NCBI RefSeq assembly: GCF_000981445.1
Contig: NC_027217.1
Span: 620,001 to 684,000, forward strand
Direction: 5' to 3'
DNA from: Babesia bigemina
Taxonomy: Eukaryota
Length of the DNA: 64,000 nucleotides
Position 1 is the stretch's first letter. Each line of letters starts with the position of its first letter. The notes beneath the pieces are model-generated. The model was not told the origin of the DNA. It saw only the letters and a program-made list of their open reading frames with translations, and did not search any database. This document shows, piece after piece, positions 1 through 11,600 of this stretch. The position numbers were made by a program, and so were the translations under genes.

Positions 1-695
1 AACGCATTGGAGACATCTGAAGGACTCATGCTAGCTCGGCATGCCGGTCCTACGTAACGCAAAGCATTCAATAGGTTTTCCACATCCGCCTTCGCTCTAT
101 CCGGTGCCGATTTAACAACTTCAGCAGCAGTCGCATCCTTTAAAGACGTGAGACCTGCGTACAACATGGGTGCAATACCCACGAATACCGCTGCGCATTC
201 TTGCGGGTTGTCCGAGCAGGATGCCTCCCACGTTGCTTTAGAGCTGTAAGCAGACTTGTACTGCCCAGGTACCTGTATACTTTTCAAGAACGTCTCACAA
301 ACATCCACCGATTTAGACAACTTCTCGGCGATGTTTTCACCGTTTATACCCCAGTGCTTCACGAATTTTCTACCACCGAGTTCGGAAATACCTTTAAAGA
401 ACTTTACGAAGAAATCGGATTTTTGATCCTTGGGCTCATTGAACTTCGCCAGCATCGTTTCCACGACACGCCGGTCTTTAAGCTCCTCTTGCTCCAAGAA
501 CTCTTTAGTAATAAGCGTAACATACTGATAAATTGGTAATTTGTCGGACCCAACCGGCTTGTCTGCGAGAAAGTTGTAAACTGCGTCACTAATAGCCTTC
601 AAATTATTCTCGAAACCATTTCGCTTCAGAGCTACTAACCAGTCAATACCCTCCCTGAAATTACGAGGGGCGTAAGTCAACGAGGTGTACACCAT
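1..695 (-). CDS. VESA/ves-like variant erythrocyte surface antigen family protein, 5' part (runs off the window)
   Basis: Manual translation from ATG at 695: MVYTSLTYAPRNFREGIDWLVALK...YKSAYSSKATWEASCSDNPQECAAVFVGIAPMLYAGL. The N-terminus and the CAAVFVGIAPMLYAGL block are typical of Babesia ves-like families. Absent from the ORF track because there is no stop codon inside the window. Confidence 0.85.
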   Translation of the reverse strand, partial: MVYTSLTYAPRNFREGIDWLVALKRNGFENNLKAISDAVYNFLADKPVGSDKLPIYQYVTLITKEFLEQEELKDRRVVETMLAKFNEPKDQKSDFFVKFFKGISELGGRKFVKHWGINGENIAEKLSKSVDVCETFLKSIQVPGQYKSAYSSKATWEASCSDNPQECAAVFVGIAPMLYAGLTSLKDATAAEVVKSAPDRAKADVENLLNALRYVGPACRASMSPSDVSNA

Positions 696-3258
696 ATTGT
701 AAATGTTCTCCAAATTAGACGGAGTTTATTTGAGTGTGCGCTTATTGTCTATTTGCATGCCGGTTTACAAAACAGGCCGAACCTTCAAAACAGCAACGCC
801 TTAATGGCAGACCGACAAAAGCGGTGTCAACACCTGGTAAACCTGCGATAAATTGAACTATTAGGCGTCGTTAATGTGCCAAATATGTGGGAGGAGAAAA
901 CTCAATTGCGGGCCGGCCATGCCATGGAAGACGGATCTACACATTTACGGTGGCATGCAGTATCCACAACGCATGTTACTACAGTGTGCAACGTTACAGC
1001 AGTGTTTACACACTAGAGACCTGTGTAGGTTAGCCGCGTTTGCGCTGGTCAATCAACAATTGAAATCGTACGATGGATTGCGTATGGTATGACACAACAT
1101 AAGCCGCTCCGTGTTCATGACTCCTCGCAGCTTACAGGAATATAACAGCATATACGCCATGGGAGTGCGCACTTAGTTAGGCAAGCAAACAGTAAAATGA
1201 TGTAGGGAGTACTATTTCATTTAGAATCCGAGTCAGGTGTCCAAATGGGTTGCCATCCAGATTCACTGCATTGTAATCACGGGGTGGAGCAGCCAACGGC
1301 CCACCATCCGCGTTAATTGGCGATTCCTACTGCTGTAACCAGGTTCAACGTCAACGATGCCACGTCTATGCGCCTTGCGCTAGCTATGGGCATCATCACA
1401 TTATCTATATGCTGTGACCTTCGCACCTACTGTACTGGGTGTATGTTTTTAATGTTGTGGCCTTAGCCGCATCATGCTCCATCGTAATACTTGCGGTGAC
1501 CATAACGTTAAGCCACGATCTCCTCTCTCACATCTTCGAAAGTGGTGCACGTTGCTCATCCATCACCACGTGCTAATGACATTGTTCCATCTAACCAAGG
1601 GCTTTGCAATGTAGTTGACTACTGAGTTATCTCAACCACTGCATATAGTCTCATCTGTTAGATTTATTTCTCATATCATCATTATGTTAATATGGGAGTG
1701 TGCATTCTGGCACTACGTCTCACGTTCCAACACGAAAGGTCGGGCCTCTTGTTGAGCCAAGGGGTGTCGGGCGTATTTCCAAGTTGCCTGATATTTACCT
1801 TAGTCCTAACATATTGGCATGTTTCTGACACGTAATATACCTTAGTGGATAGCCTCGTACTTCTACCTCGCCTAGCCCATCACGGTGCATGCTGTGGGTG
1901 GGCCCGGTGTCTCGTAGAGCAGCATTTCGCAATCGCCCGTATGATCATATGTGTCTTTACAAAGCATGTATTGTGCTTCTCTGCGCTGATACAAGGAGTA
2001 GAGGAAAGTATTTCCCGCTCCCATTTTCACCGATTGTCCGACGGCAGTCACTGTCGCCGCAGCAGCTCTTCCACTTAAACGCGCTAGCTAGACTGCACTC
2101 CTAAACTTCATGTACCGTTCGTTGTTGCGTGTGAATGGCATGGCCAAGGTTTCGAAATGTGAGCAGTGCTACGAGTGTTCCTAGCTCACCTTACTCATCT
2201 TGTCAATAAATTGTGAGCAACAAAGAGATGATGAATCGTAATTCAAATTAAGCACATTACACGCACTTCCTCCGAACTACAACAACTACAACCACGTGGC
2301 ACCTTCTCATTATAACCCTGGGTTATCAGCAGCAAGTACAACAGCCTACCACAATGCCATCTGGCCAGTGGGACAGACCAAAAGATCGACCAACATGAAC
2401 TATGACAATTAAAGTGGCTAGTTGCCAAACGAGTTACCGAGTTTTATCTACTCATTACTTGGAGTAGTAGTTCTCGATCTTGACGGTGGATAGCACTATG
2501 CCCTTGATGGTGACACATCGGCACTATGGCTAGCAAGGAGTCACCTCACTGCAAGTCGAGGATCACAACTAACAATACATAGTACTGGGAGACCGTCGGA
2601 TAAGAATAATCGCCATCGTGGATATAATAACTAAGACAATCTGGTGGATATGAAAAACTGCAAGCTGCGCATGTACCGGGCACTGTTTAAGGAACCCAGA
2701 CTTGATTCATATAACAAATATGATTTTTCTTTATAACATATGTGATGAAGGTCATAAAGCCCAGAGACTATTAGGATTTGCTGAGTGACCATAGTGTTCA
2801 GACGGATTTATGACATCATGGATGGCACCAGATGCTCTCAGCAACAGACGGACATGGAATCTGCAGCCTATACCAGCATCGTGCAACGTCAGCCTGGTAA
2901 ACGCGAAAACAGGTATTTGCCAAATATGGCCACACCTCGGGCTGCAATATGCAAACACAAGAATAAAGTCCCTATGCGGGTGTCGCCAAGCGTTACAGAA
3001 CATAATCGTGTGTTGCTTAATTGGTAGTCATGGCGCGTTTTTCAAGTCGTTTGCACACCGCACGCTCCAATGTACGCATAGCCGACTTGTTGCGTGCTGA
3101 CGTCGAGGAAACAGCGCTACTAGCTTACAGGCAGCGAGTTCCTAGCATAAGCAATCACCGTCTCTCCGACGCATAGCAACTCACAAACCAGTTGCTCATA
3201 GACACAGTAGATACCCAACCATTATGACAGCGTAGTACAGTTGCAAGTCAATTGTAAC

Positions 3259-4863
3259 TCATAGAGCCGCCATTATACTTGCGGCTACCATGATTTGAAC
3301 AACCATGGCCCCTATTGCCACAAATCCCGATTTATCACTATCACGCTTTGTGTTACGCATTGTCTTAGAAAAGTTACCTGTTTCTTGTGGCCCGCATAAC
3401 TCATCCGTGACATCTCCTACAGCTATCATCTGCAAGTCGGTTGCTACCGGCGATGGTGTGGGTTCCTTCACATCCGTTGGCTTGGGCTCTTTAGATTGGT
3501 TTGGTTCTGCTGTGGGCGTGGCCTCATCTTGAATGGCTGGATCAGGTGATGATGCGTTGTCATCCGATATCGTTTCTGACGTCATGTCTTCGCTACGCTG
3601 GCTTGCTCCAGTTGTGTAATCGGGTTCCTGCAGTGTCGTTACCTGCGACTCAGGTGTCTGTCGTAAGGGTGTGCTCACAGTATCGCCATCTTGTGTTCTG
3701 TTTATCTTGCCTTTGAGCCACTTCAGATTATGCAGCATATTCAACAAATCCCAACTATCAGTTGTCAGAGATTTGGCGTCAACAAGGGTTCCGTACTCCT
3801 CGAAGGCTACCTCCAGCTGCCGCTGCTCTCCTAATAATTCGAATGCTTGTGTGGATTTCAGATCCATCTCTCGCAACATATCATTGTTATATGCGTAACG
3901 CTCGTATATATCCCACGCCTTTACCAGGTCCTTCAATTCGTCATAATACAAATCGTAATCACGTTGAATATTGAGAATTGTCGCATCGTATGGATCTAAC
4001 CCACTACCTACTGCGTAGAAATTAATGTCACTTATCACAGGATCGTTTAACAGTGCCTCTATATTTTTCGCAATTGCTTGAGCCTCTCCCAACGTCTCTA
4101 GCAGAAAGCCATCATTGAGTAATTCTCGCATAGTTTCATTACCTTCGTCAGATCGAGGGGCATTTCGATACAGATCGTTTGGATGACCTCGTGTAACTCC
4201 CGCCGTATTTGACTCTAATGCTGCTGCTTTGCCGCTGCCTAGCCCCCTTGTCCCTTCATCGTCAGACTGCGTAGACCTTTGATCCGTGTGTTCTCGAATG
4301 AATATTCTTACTTGTCTGATCGTTTCTCTTAAGTAGGCCACACTGTTGAATGCAAAGATGCCTGATGTTACCTGTCCTATGCCTTTGAATTGCTCTTCTA
4401 GATTCGTCAAAGCGTTCTGCAATTCGGCATACCTCTCCCGTGTTAGGTTTTTCCTTTTCAGGCCTCTAGTTAATGCACGATATTCATCAATCATCTTTCT
4501 TAATTTGGAGTAACGGCCATGCAAAGTACCGATATGATCGACCTCATGCATGAGTTTAAGACACTCCTTTGATTTAGCTTCTCTAATTTTAGATCGTAAC
4601 TTAGCGTGCTTTATATGCAATAACGCATTTCCTAACTGGTCACAAAGTTGGGCTTGAGGCCGTGAAAGTGTTTCAAGGCGTTTGATTTTGCGGTAATATT
4701 CTGCATTATCGGCGTAGTATGCTATGTCGCTGACCGGTGTCTCTAGATAATCCGACTTCTCATCTGTTGTGGGATCTGCCATAGCCAACCCATTATAGCA
4801 AACCGCGTATAAACCGAATAATGCTACGACCCATCGCCGTCCACAGCTACGGATAGGCGCCAT
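3259..4863 (-). CDS. Putative GPI-anchored surface protein, 534 aa, single exon
   Basis: N-terminal signal peptide (WVVALFGLYAVCYNGLAMA), helical/coiled-coil body, P/T/E-rich stalk, and a C-terminal small-residue site followed by a hydrophobic tail (DKSGFVAIGAMVVQIMVAASIMAAL) with no cytoplasmic residues. Confidence 0.75.
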   Translation of the reverse strand: MAPIRSCGRRWVVALFGLYAVCYNGLAMADPTTDEKSDYLETPVSDIAYYADNAEYYRKIKRLETLSRPQAQLCDQLGNALLHIKHAKLRSKIREAKSKECLKLMHEVDHIGTLHGRYSKLRKMIDEYRALTRGLKRKNLTRERYAELQNALTNLEEQFKGIGQVTSGIFAFNSVAYLRETIRQVRIFIREHTDQRSTQSDDEGTRGLGSGKAAALESNTAGVTRGHPNDLYRNAPRSDEGNETMRELLNDGFLLETLGEAQAIAKNIEALLNDPVISDINFYAVGSGLDPYDATILNIQRDYDLYYDELKDLVKAWDIYERYAYNNDMLREMDLKSTQAFELLGEQRQLEVAFEEYGTLVDAKSLTTDSWDLLNMLHNLKWLKGKINRTQDGDTVSTPLRQTPESQVTTLQEPDYTTGASQRSEDMTSETISDDNASSPDPAIQDEATPTAEPNQSKEPKPTDVKEPTPSPVATDLQMIAVGDVTDELCGPQETGNFSKTMRNTKRDSDKSGFVAIGAMVVQIMVAASIMAAL

Positions 4864-6251
4864 TTTTTATGGCAACAAAAGAACAAGCGCATAGAAAGCA
4901 GGCGATCAACCTTACTATCACAATGTTGCGTTGTGCTGGACGATGCGGCACGCTATCTGCTGCAAGGGCAATCAAGGATTTCAAGCCACGATGGAGATTT
5001 AGTCGGGGCGGTGAACTGGCGGGCGAATAAAAGATTCCGAAGGCTAAAAATATTTTACGATGCAGAACGTATTTTTTTTTTCAATAATTGCCATTCTGCG
5101 TCACCGGAAATTTATACACAACAGAGGCACGGTGAAAATTATGTACCACGTATCCACTTTTCTTGTTGCCGACGCATGTAGACACCGACAAATCCGCGAC
5201 ATAATTGCGACCAATGGCTTCGAACGCCTGTAACTCCTACATCTAACAGACAATATAAGGCGAGATGGTTGATTTCGCAATGATGAAGCAACTTTGCAGC
5301 AGATTTACCAACCATGGGGATCGTAAGGTAACTTCTTTCGAGATGAAACGTCACTTAGTGCTCATCGTGTAATTAACATCCACAAGTAAGCAGGTAATAC
5401 GACGCACATCCAAATTTGAGTTAGGCCGATTAGACGCTGCTGGTGACCCCGCCTCGTAGCACAATACAAACAGACGCATTCGTGTACCAAGCATCGTGTG
5501 AAGTGTTCTTATCATGAACACAGGATTATAAACTGGGTATTAAAGGCCAAATCAGATTAAAATTCCGGTAACCGAAAAAACGTTACCGTGCGATCATTGT
5601 TCCGGGAAGCAGCAATTTGGACTGCGCTTTTCATCTATCCTCTTAGCGACCAAACCCAAGACACTGCCGCCGTCGACTATCACTGCATCATCGTTACATT
5701 TCATCTGTGGTCTGAACCGAAAGACCAGAACGTCCTGTGCAACTCCGGCGCTCTCTGACTCTCCTCGCAGATGTCATTAAATGAGCAGGGCTCTCGTCGA
5801 TGGCCTCGATGACCTTCATGATGCGCCTTCACTGCACTCAAAAGGCAGTGATATAACGACAGGATTGCTCATCCCCCGAGAAGTGACGGCCACCATCTAC
5901 TGCATTGCCTGTTGTACTCTCCGATTTCGTATGAAGCAACTGGGATGTATTTCTACTCCACCCTTTGCCCGCCTCTGCTATCGGTTTGCGATTCAACATG
6001 CTTTCCATCAAGTTCAACACCCGCCTCACGTCGGCCCAGATGACAGTCTTGAGTACCACATATCTCCTCCACTGTGCATGCCCATAACGACATGGACTGC
6101 ACAACCACTTAACGTTATAGCAGCGCTTGTGCGTGTGGAATATGTGTGATTGCCCCTACAAGCACGAATACCGTGCTGCAATGCATTACACCGTCAACCA
6201 GAGGCATAACAAGTGCAAATAGTATTCTAATTAAACATGGGGAGAGTTTTA

Positions 6252-7202
6252 TCACGCCAATTTGATGACGATGATTATAAGTTCCACGAATATGACTACA
6301 ATAAGGTTGCGCACCGCCCGTATTGCGAGTCCAGAGGTTTCTCGCTTCAGTGTCTTCCTCAACTCACGAACGACGCCCTTGGTATTTTCGGTAAATGTTC
6401 GAACGTTGTAATCAATTTGGTCGAGCATTGACCCCTGCTCTACTACCATTGTGGCTAATTGCGTGTACATGTCCTTGAGTTCCTGCATCGTCATGGCGAT
6501 ATCGTGCAGCCTGTTGGTACGGTCAGCTATGTGTTCGTGCGATACTTGCAGTTGTTCCTGCACAAAACCATCGTTGCTCAGCGCCACGTCTGGTATGCCA
6601 GAATTAGCGCGGAACTGAGTATCTTCTTGTACGCTGTCGTAATACGTTTTCTGCAGTTTCCTGAAGGTTACCGACAGCGTTAACAGTTCTCCAGCAATTT
6701 TGTGCCTCGCGTTTTTTCGCAGTTGGTTCTCGACGTAATAGTTGCCCTCAGTTCCTATGATTTCCATGTTTCGTTCGATTTTCTTCATCATGTTTGCGAT
6801 GTCTGTTGAGATTGCTGCTATTTGTCCATGGTCGCCCTTTCCCATTCTGTCGAACACGGTTAGCAGGCTTTTGTTTTGCGCCCTTTCCAGGTCCTTGATG
6901 CGATCAGATGTGTTTTTAAGGGTGAACGTGCAGTCCTGTACCAGTTCCAACCAGCTTGGAGGCAGATCGATCGTGACGCCCACATTGCCTGCTTGCTGGG
7001 TGTGTTCAGGCGGCGCGTCTGCTTTACATGTAAGGAACATTTCAAAACCCATACCGCTTTGTACATTGTTCGATTCCAGAAGCGGCGTGTCAAGGTTGCC
7101 GATTTCAAATCTATGCGCCTTCTGCCTCTCCTTCGTCCTCAGAGACCTGAAAGAAAAGGTTAGATTTTGGTGAGCGACGGTATCCTTAATCATTTTCGCC
7201 AT
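6252..7202 (-). CDS. STX16: Syntaxin-16/Tlg2-like Qa-SNARE
   Basis: N-peptide (HQNLTFSFRSLR), SNARE motif (LATMVVEQGSMLDQIDYNV) and a C-terminal transmembrane anchor. First ATG is at 7202. Confidence 0.85.
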   Translation of the reverse strand: MAKMIKDTVAHQNLTFSFRSLRTKERQKAHRFEIGNLDTPLLESNNVQSGMGFEMFLTCKADAPPEHTQQAGNVGVTIDLPPSWLELVQDCTFTLKNTSDRIKDLERAQNKSLLTVFDRMGKGDHGQIAAISTDIANMMKKIERNMEIIGTEGNYYVENQLRKNARHKIAGELLTLSVTFRKLQKTYYDSVQEDTQFRANSGIPDVALSNDGFVQEQLQVSHEHIADRTNRLHDIAMTMQELKDMYTQLATMVVEQGSMLDQIDYNVRTFTENTKGVVRELRKTLKRETSGLAIRAVRNLIVVIFVELIIIVIKLA

Positions 7203-7352
7203 CGGATATTTTTTTCCGGCGCACAAATGATGGACGGAGAAACGTCTGAGCGCGCCATAGCAGTCTGCTGAGCTCGGGGGAGGTGCGCCGCGAGCAAGTT
7301 GTTAGGTGTTTTATTAGATGCTTAAGGAAGTTGAAACCCGGAGCAGGGGCGC

Positions 7353-8129
7353 TTATGCGTAGCCGCAGTAAGTCAGCGCATCCCTGTGTTCCGCAGGCAG
7401 TTGAGCCAGAGCGGCAGCCTTGGCTTCGGCGATGGTCTTCCTCTGCTCCATCTTGGCTTTGTAGTATTCCTGGGAGCGTTCCTTCCTGCGAGCCTCCAGC
7501 TTCTGGACCAAACCATCGTAGTTCCATCCGACCTGCAGAAATTTGTATGCCGATATTCGGTTTGTTCCGCTTACCTTGGCCAGCACATCGCCCAGGCGGC
7601 AGTACCTACGGTGTGGCTTCAACCTGAGGAAGCGGAGCGCAGATGGCACCACACGCTTCTTCATCTTGTCGTAGGGAGCGGGCATACCCTCGAAGGTCTT
7701 AAGGCGCTTAAGGGCGAGGGCGCCGCGCTTGGTCTTGTGAGGGATCATACCGCGCACCACACGCCAGAACATCTTCGATGGCTTCCTAAGGTGGAAGGGA
7801 CCGTGCCTCGGGTTGGAGTTGGTCCTAAGCCTCAAGAAACGGTGGTACTTGACTGCACATAGCTGTGAGGCGGTTATCGGCGGCCTTAAACTCACGTTTG
7901 TTACGGTAGAGGGATCCGCTGATGTTGACGTCCTCGCAACGCACGCATACGATCTTCTGCCCGCTCAGGAGCTCCTTGGCTATCACCGAAGCCAGGCGGC
8001 CCATGAGGTGGCCCTTGCAATCGATAATGATCCTCTACAGCGCAATGATTGGATGTCGGGATGCTTTCGTTCGCGAAACCGGCGGTGATACACCCCGCCG
8101 CAAAGGCGCAAACCTACCTCCTTAAACAT
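7353..8129 (-). CDS. RPL13A: 60S ribosomal protein L13a (uL13), multi-exon
   Basis: Exon 1 MFKE (8118-8129), then [15 protein letters not shown]...[10 protein letters not shown] and [13 protein letters not shown]; short GT-AG introns. Confidence 0.95.
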
Positions 8130-8679
8130 TTTTAATAACTGTTGAATTATAAAACAAGCAGTGTAGCCGTATACCTGAGAGGTCCAGTTACTCGTGTCCC
8201 CCTAACATCCATGCCCCATCCGGCGTGCGCCTCAACGCGAATCCCGCCGGGCGACGAACACGGCGTTTCGCGGTCTTCTCTGCACCGTTAGCTATCAAAT
8301 ACGTACAGCGGTAAATATTACGCTCCAAGTGCGACTTGAGAGTCTCCGTCCTTCGGGCGCCACTCCCGCTCCCCTTCGTTCGTTTGTCTGGCCCAATGCC
8401 GGAGGGAGGACCATTTTAGTGTTTGGCACATCACACATCCACCAGATTACTACACTGTGTTATATTGACGTTTGCTAAAGGCGCGTTCGTCGTGCGTCCT
8501 CGTCGGATGAGCTGCACACTTATCACGTTAGGAAGCAATTTCGTTGGATGCGACGCTAGATTCCGCACCATATATTAGTTCGCCAGCCTTTTCATGCCAT
8601 GTGCTTTTTGTGATTCTGACAGTCGTAGTTTTGGGCATGTAGTCCCTGCACATTGCGCGGCACTCGGTGTTTCGGAAGC

Positions 8680-11600
8680 ATGAACGCTGCGCGCATTGCG
8701 GACTCATATTTAGCGTATAAGAGGCATAATCATGGTATTTGCGATCGAGAGGACTATCGGGACGTGTTGCCGGTGTCTGAGCGGCGTAGGACGCTGGCGA
8801 TACTGCATCCCGAACCGACGGCCGATTCTACCAGCGATTCAGGACGTTGCGAAGACTACGGGAGGAGCGTTCTGTCATGTGGCGGAGGATTGCGTATCAA
8901 AGACCTATTCTCCCGGTTTGAGAGCGATTTCGACGTCACACTGGACCAGCTGACTTCGCATATTTTCAAGCATCTGATAACAAATGTCTACGCGAAATGC
9001 TCCAAGAAAAGATTCGTGAAGCTATGCAGGCTTGTCTGCGCTTACCTCAGCGACCTGCCTGGATGCGGGCTCACGGTAAGGCGACGGCATGGGCGCCGGA
9101 GGGGGCTATCGCGGCTCCGACCGGGATTACCAGTATCCTCGAAAGGATGTTCGCGTACGGCGATTGGTGGCAAACGGTGTATATTATCGGCTCTCCGCAT
9201 TTGCCTTTACCTCAAGGGCGGTATACTGGGATTTCGACTGTCGCCCAAATACATGATGAGGTTGGTGAGGAACGTGGTTAGACATGTAGATATCAAGTTG
9301 GGATGCCATAGTGTTGGATGGGTTGACGTATCCATCATTCAAGATGGAAGCAGCAATGCATTTCCGCTGCTTAAGTATGCCGCCAACGTCGTCGCTAACG
9401 TGCTGTGCCACAAAGCGCAGGTAGTGCCGGCCCACGTTGTGCTTCAAACTTCCCTCTGCCTATGGCCTCCATTCCACCCTAAATACACATCACAAATGGC
9501 CCACATTCTGCTGTTCATGGACTACGTACTGTCAGAAGAGGTTAAAGAGAGCGTCGTGTTTGATTTCAGGGCAGCGGCCCATGAGAGCATCAACAGGTGG
9601 CTTCTTAGCGTAGGTTCACTTGAGCGGCCGCGTTCAAAAGCTGGCACCACGTGCGGTAATTTGTACGCGCTCTATGCGGTTTTGAACCGCAAACATTTAT
9701 TTCAGGAATTGAGTGGGTGGTTCATCCCGCATATCCACATGGTGGAGTACATGGTAACGTCGGGCGTTATGGACCGGACCTTGTTGAGCGGGTGTGCAGA
9801 GATCCGCCACATCAAATGGATCGTGCTTGTATGTACACAGCTCCTCACAAGCGGCGATGACCTGAAGCATCGGACGTGGCTGGTCATCCAGACCATGACA
9901 CAATTTTTCCTTGAGGGGGGCGTGAAAAGCGGCTTGCTTCGGTGTTCGTTGTCTGCGACATGTTTCAGGTGCCTGATAAACTTCGTTGAGATTTGTTCCG
10001 GTTTCCACAAAATCTTGACGCTGCTGAGGAAATCTCCCTTTTACGCGCCACACGTTCACCTGGTTAAGATGTTGCTGAAGAACGAGATGTGCAAGCTGCA
10101 TGCCACGTTCCGTAATCCTTTCGAACGCTTGGGTGATGTTTTCGGAGTCTCGCCGGAGGCGTGTCAAATGCCGGTGCCCGCGGCCAATCGAAACACCAGC
10201 AGGGGCCACTATACACCGCGCTCCGTGAGGTTCGCAGCGCAGCTTATAAGGAAGCGTTGCCTGGAAGTGGCATCTCAGGATGAAATGAACCCGAAAATAC
10301 GGCAACACCGCGTGGATACTGCTGTGGCACACCCGGTGTACCTGAAATTGCTGTGTGCCGTCGACAGGAACGTGAGCAATGTGAAGGTGACCCACACAGT
10401 CGAGGCTGTGATAAAGGGGCAAAGTAGATACGTCATCCTGGAGCACCTGGCGTTCAGGCTGGGTCGCTTGGCTTGGCTGCCACATGAGCTGAGTACCTCC
10501 GCTAGCATAGGGTCCGCTTTGCCGGCGCCGATGTCCATGATGTCGCACCTATATCTGCATCACTACGGCCTCGATGACATCCTATCGATACTTGTCGTGC
10601 AGGACCACCTTAACGTGGTACAGCGCACTCAAGCCTGCCACGTGCTGTCGGAGAACATGCAGCTGGTGGCCATGATGCTCCCACAACTCGTCCAGTCGCT
10701 TTCGATCGACCCCGGAGACCGGATTTGGCACCTTCTATCGGCCTCCTTGAAAAGCAGGATGGTGCGTGAGCGTCTGCCGTACTTCTTGGCATGCATGCTG
10801 CACAACAGCGAGGATATAATAACCGCCCGCAAGGCCGCGTCGTTCCTGGATCTGATTGTGATGGGTGCCCGCGCATCAGGCGCTTTGCGCCAGGAGATAA
10901 GGAACATTTCCATGCACAGCAACCTCCTGAATCTTTCGTCCAAGTTGGCGACTTTCGACGTTCCGACCCGCCCCTCCGTACTTGTAGAAGGTCTCAGGAA
11001 AGTCAACGAGTCGTGCGCCACCGCCGGCAAGCTGCAGGTCTTTGACGATAGCCTTGAGAAAGGTGCACACATCATTGGAAGTCGCGCTTGCGGCACACGG
11101 AAGAGGAAGAATGTGCGTTTCCTAAACCCGCAAAGTGGCAAGGTGCTCACTTCGGCCACCCGGGCGCCATTCATGGTCGACTTCTGCCTGCAGTCTGATA
11201 GCACCATCCGGTACATTTACAAGATGGCCGACGACATGCGCCAAGACGCGTTGGTAGTGCAGGTGAAGCTGGTGTTGCTGCACATATTCCGCCTGTACAA
11301 CCTGGAGGCGTATCTGCAACCGTTTCTCGTGGTGCCGTACTCCACCGCGCTGTTTACTTTGTTTAAGATGCGAAACAAGGCCATTAATCGGCGGCACTCG
11401 GCATATGCGACTTACGATATGAAGCTATCGTATATGCGGGTACCGCGCCATTATACAACTGTACTGACCCCATGCATGGGCAATGAGTCGGTGGAGAGCA
11501 GCTTTTATGGCACGGCGATGTCTCACCTGACCGAGAGCAGTCGTTTTGACGCTTCGACCCTATGCGGCGCGTCAGCAAACATTTCCGACTTAGATGGTCT

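Noticed and set aside
201..539. 112-aa plus-strand ORF and the 61-aa minus-strand ORF at 404-589
   Set aside because: Antisense and off-frame shadows of the ves-like gene at 1-695.
700..3250. Short ORFs (874-1092, 1845-2104, 2243-2428, 2752-3100) as genes or transposon relics
   Set aside because: No recognisable motifs, coding bias, terminal repeats or consistent splice path. A decayed gene cannot be excluded, but I cannot support one.
3259..4863. Assignment to a named antigen such as a p67-like, gp45 or MSA protein
   Set aside because: Only the general architecture and size are similar; I recognise no specific sequence motif.
4930..6240. ORFs 5781-6149 (+) and 5838-6104 (-) in the spacer before syntaxin
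   Set aside because: No family motif and no coherent exon chain found; left unannotated.
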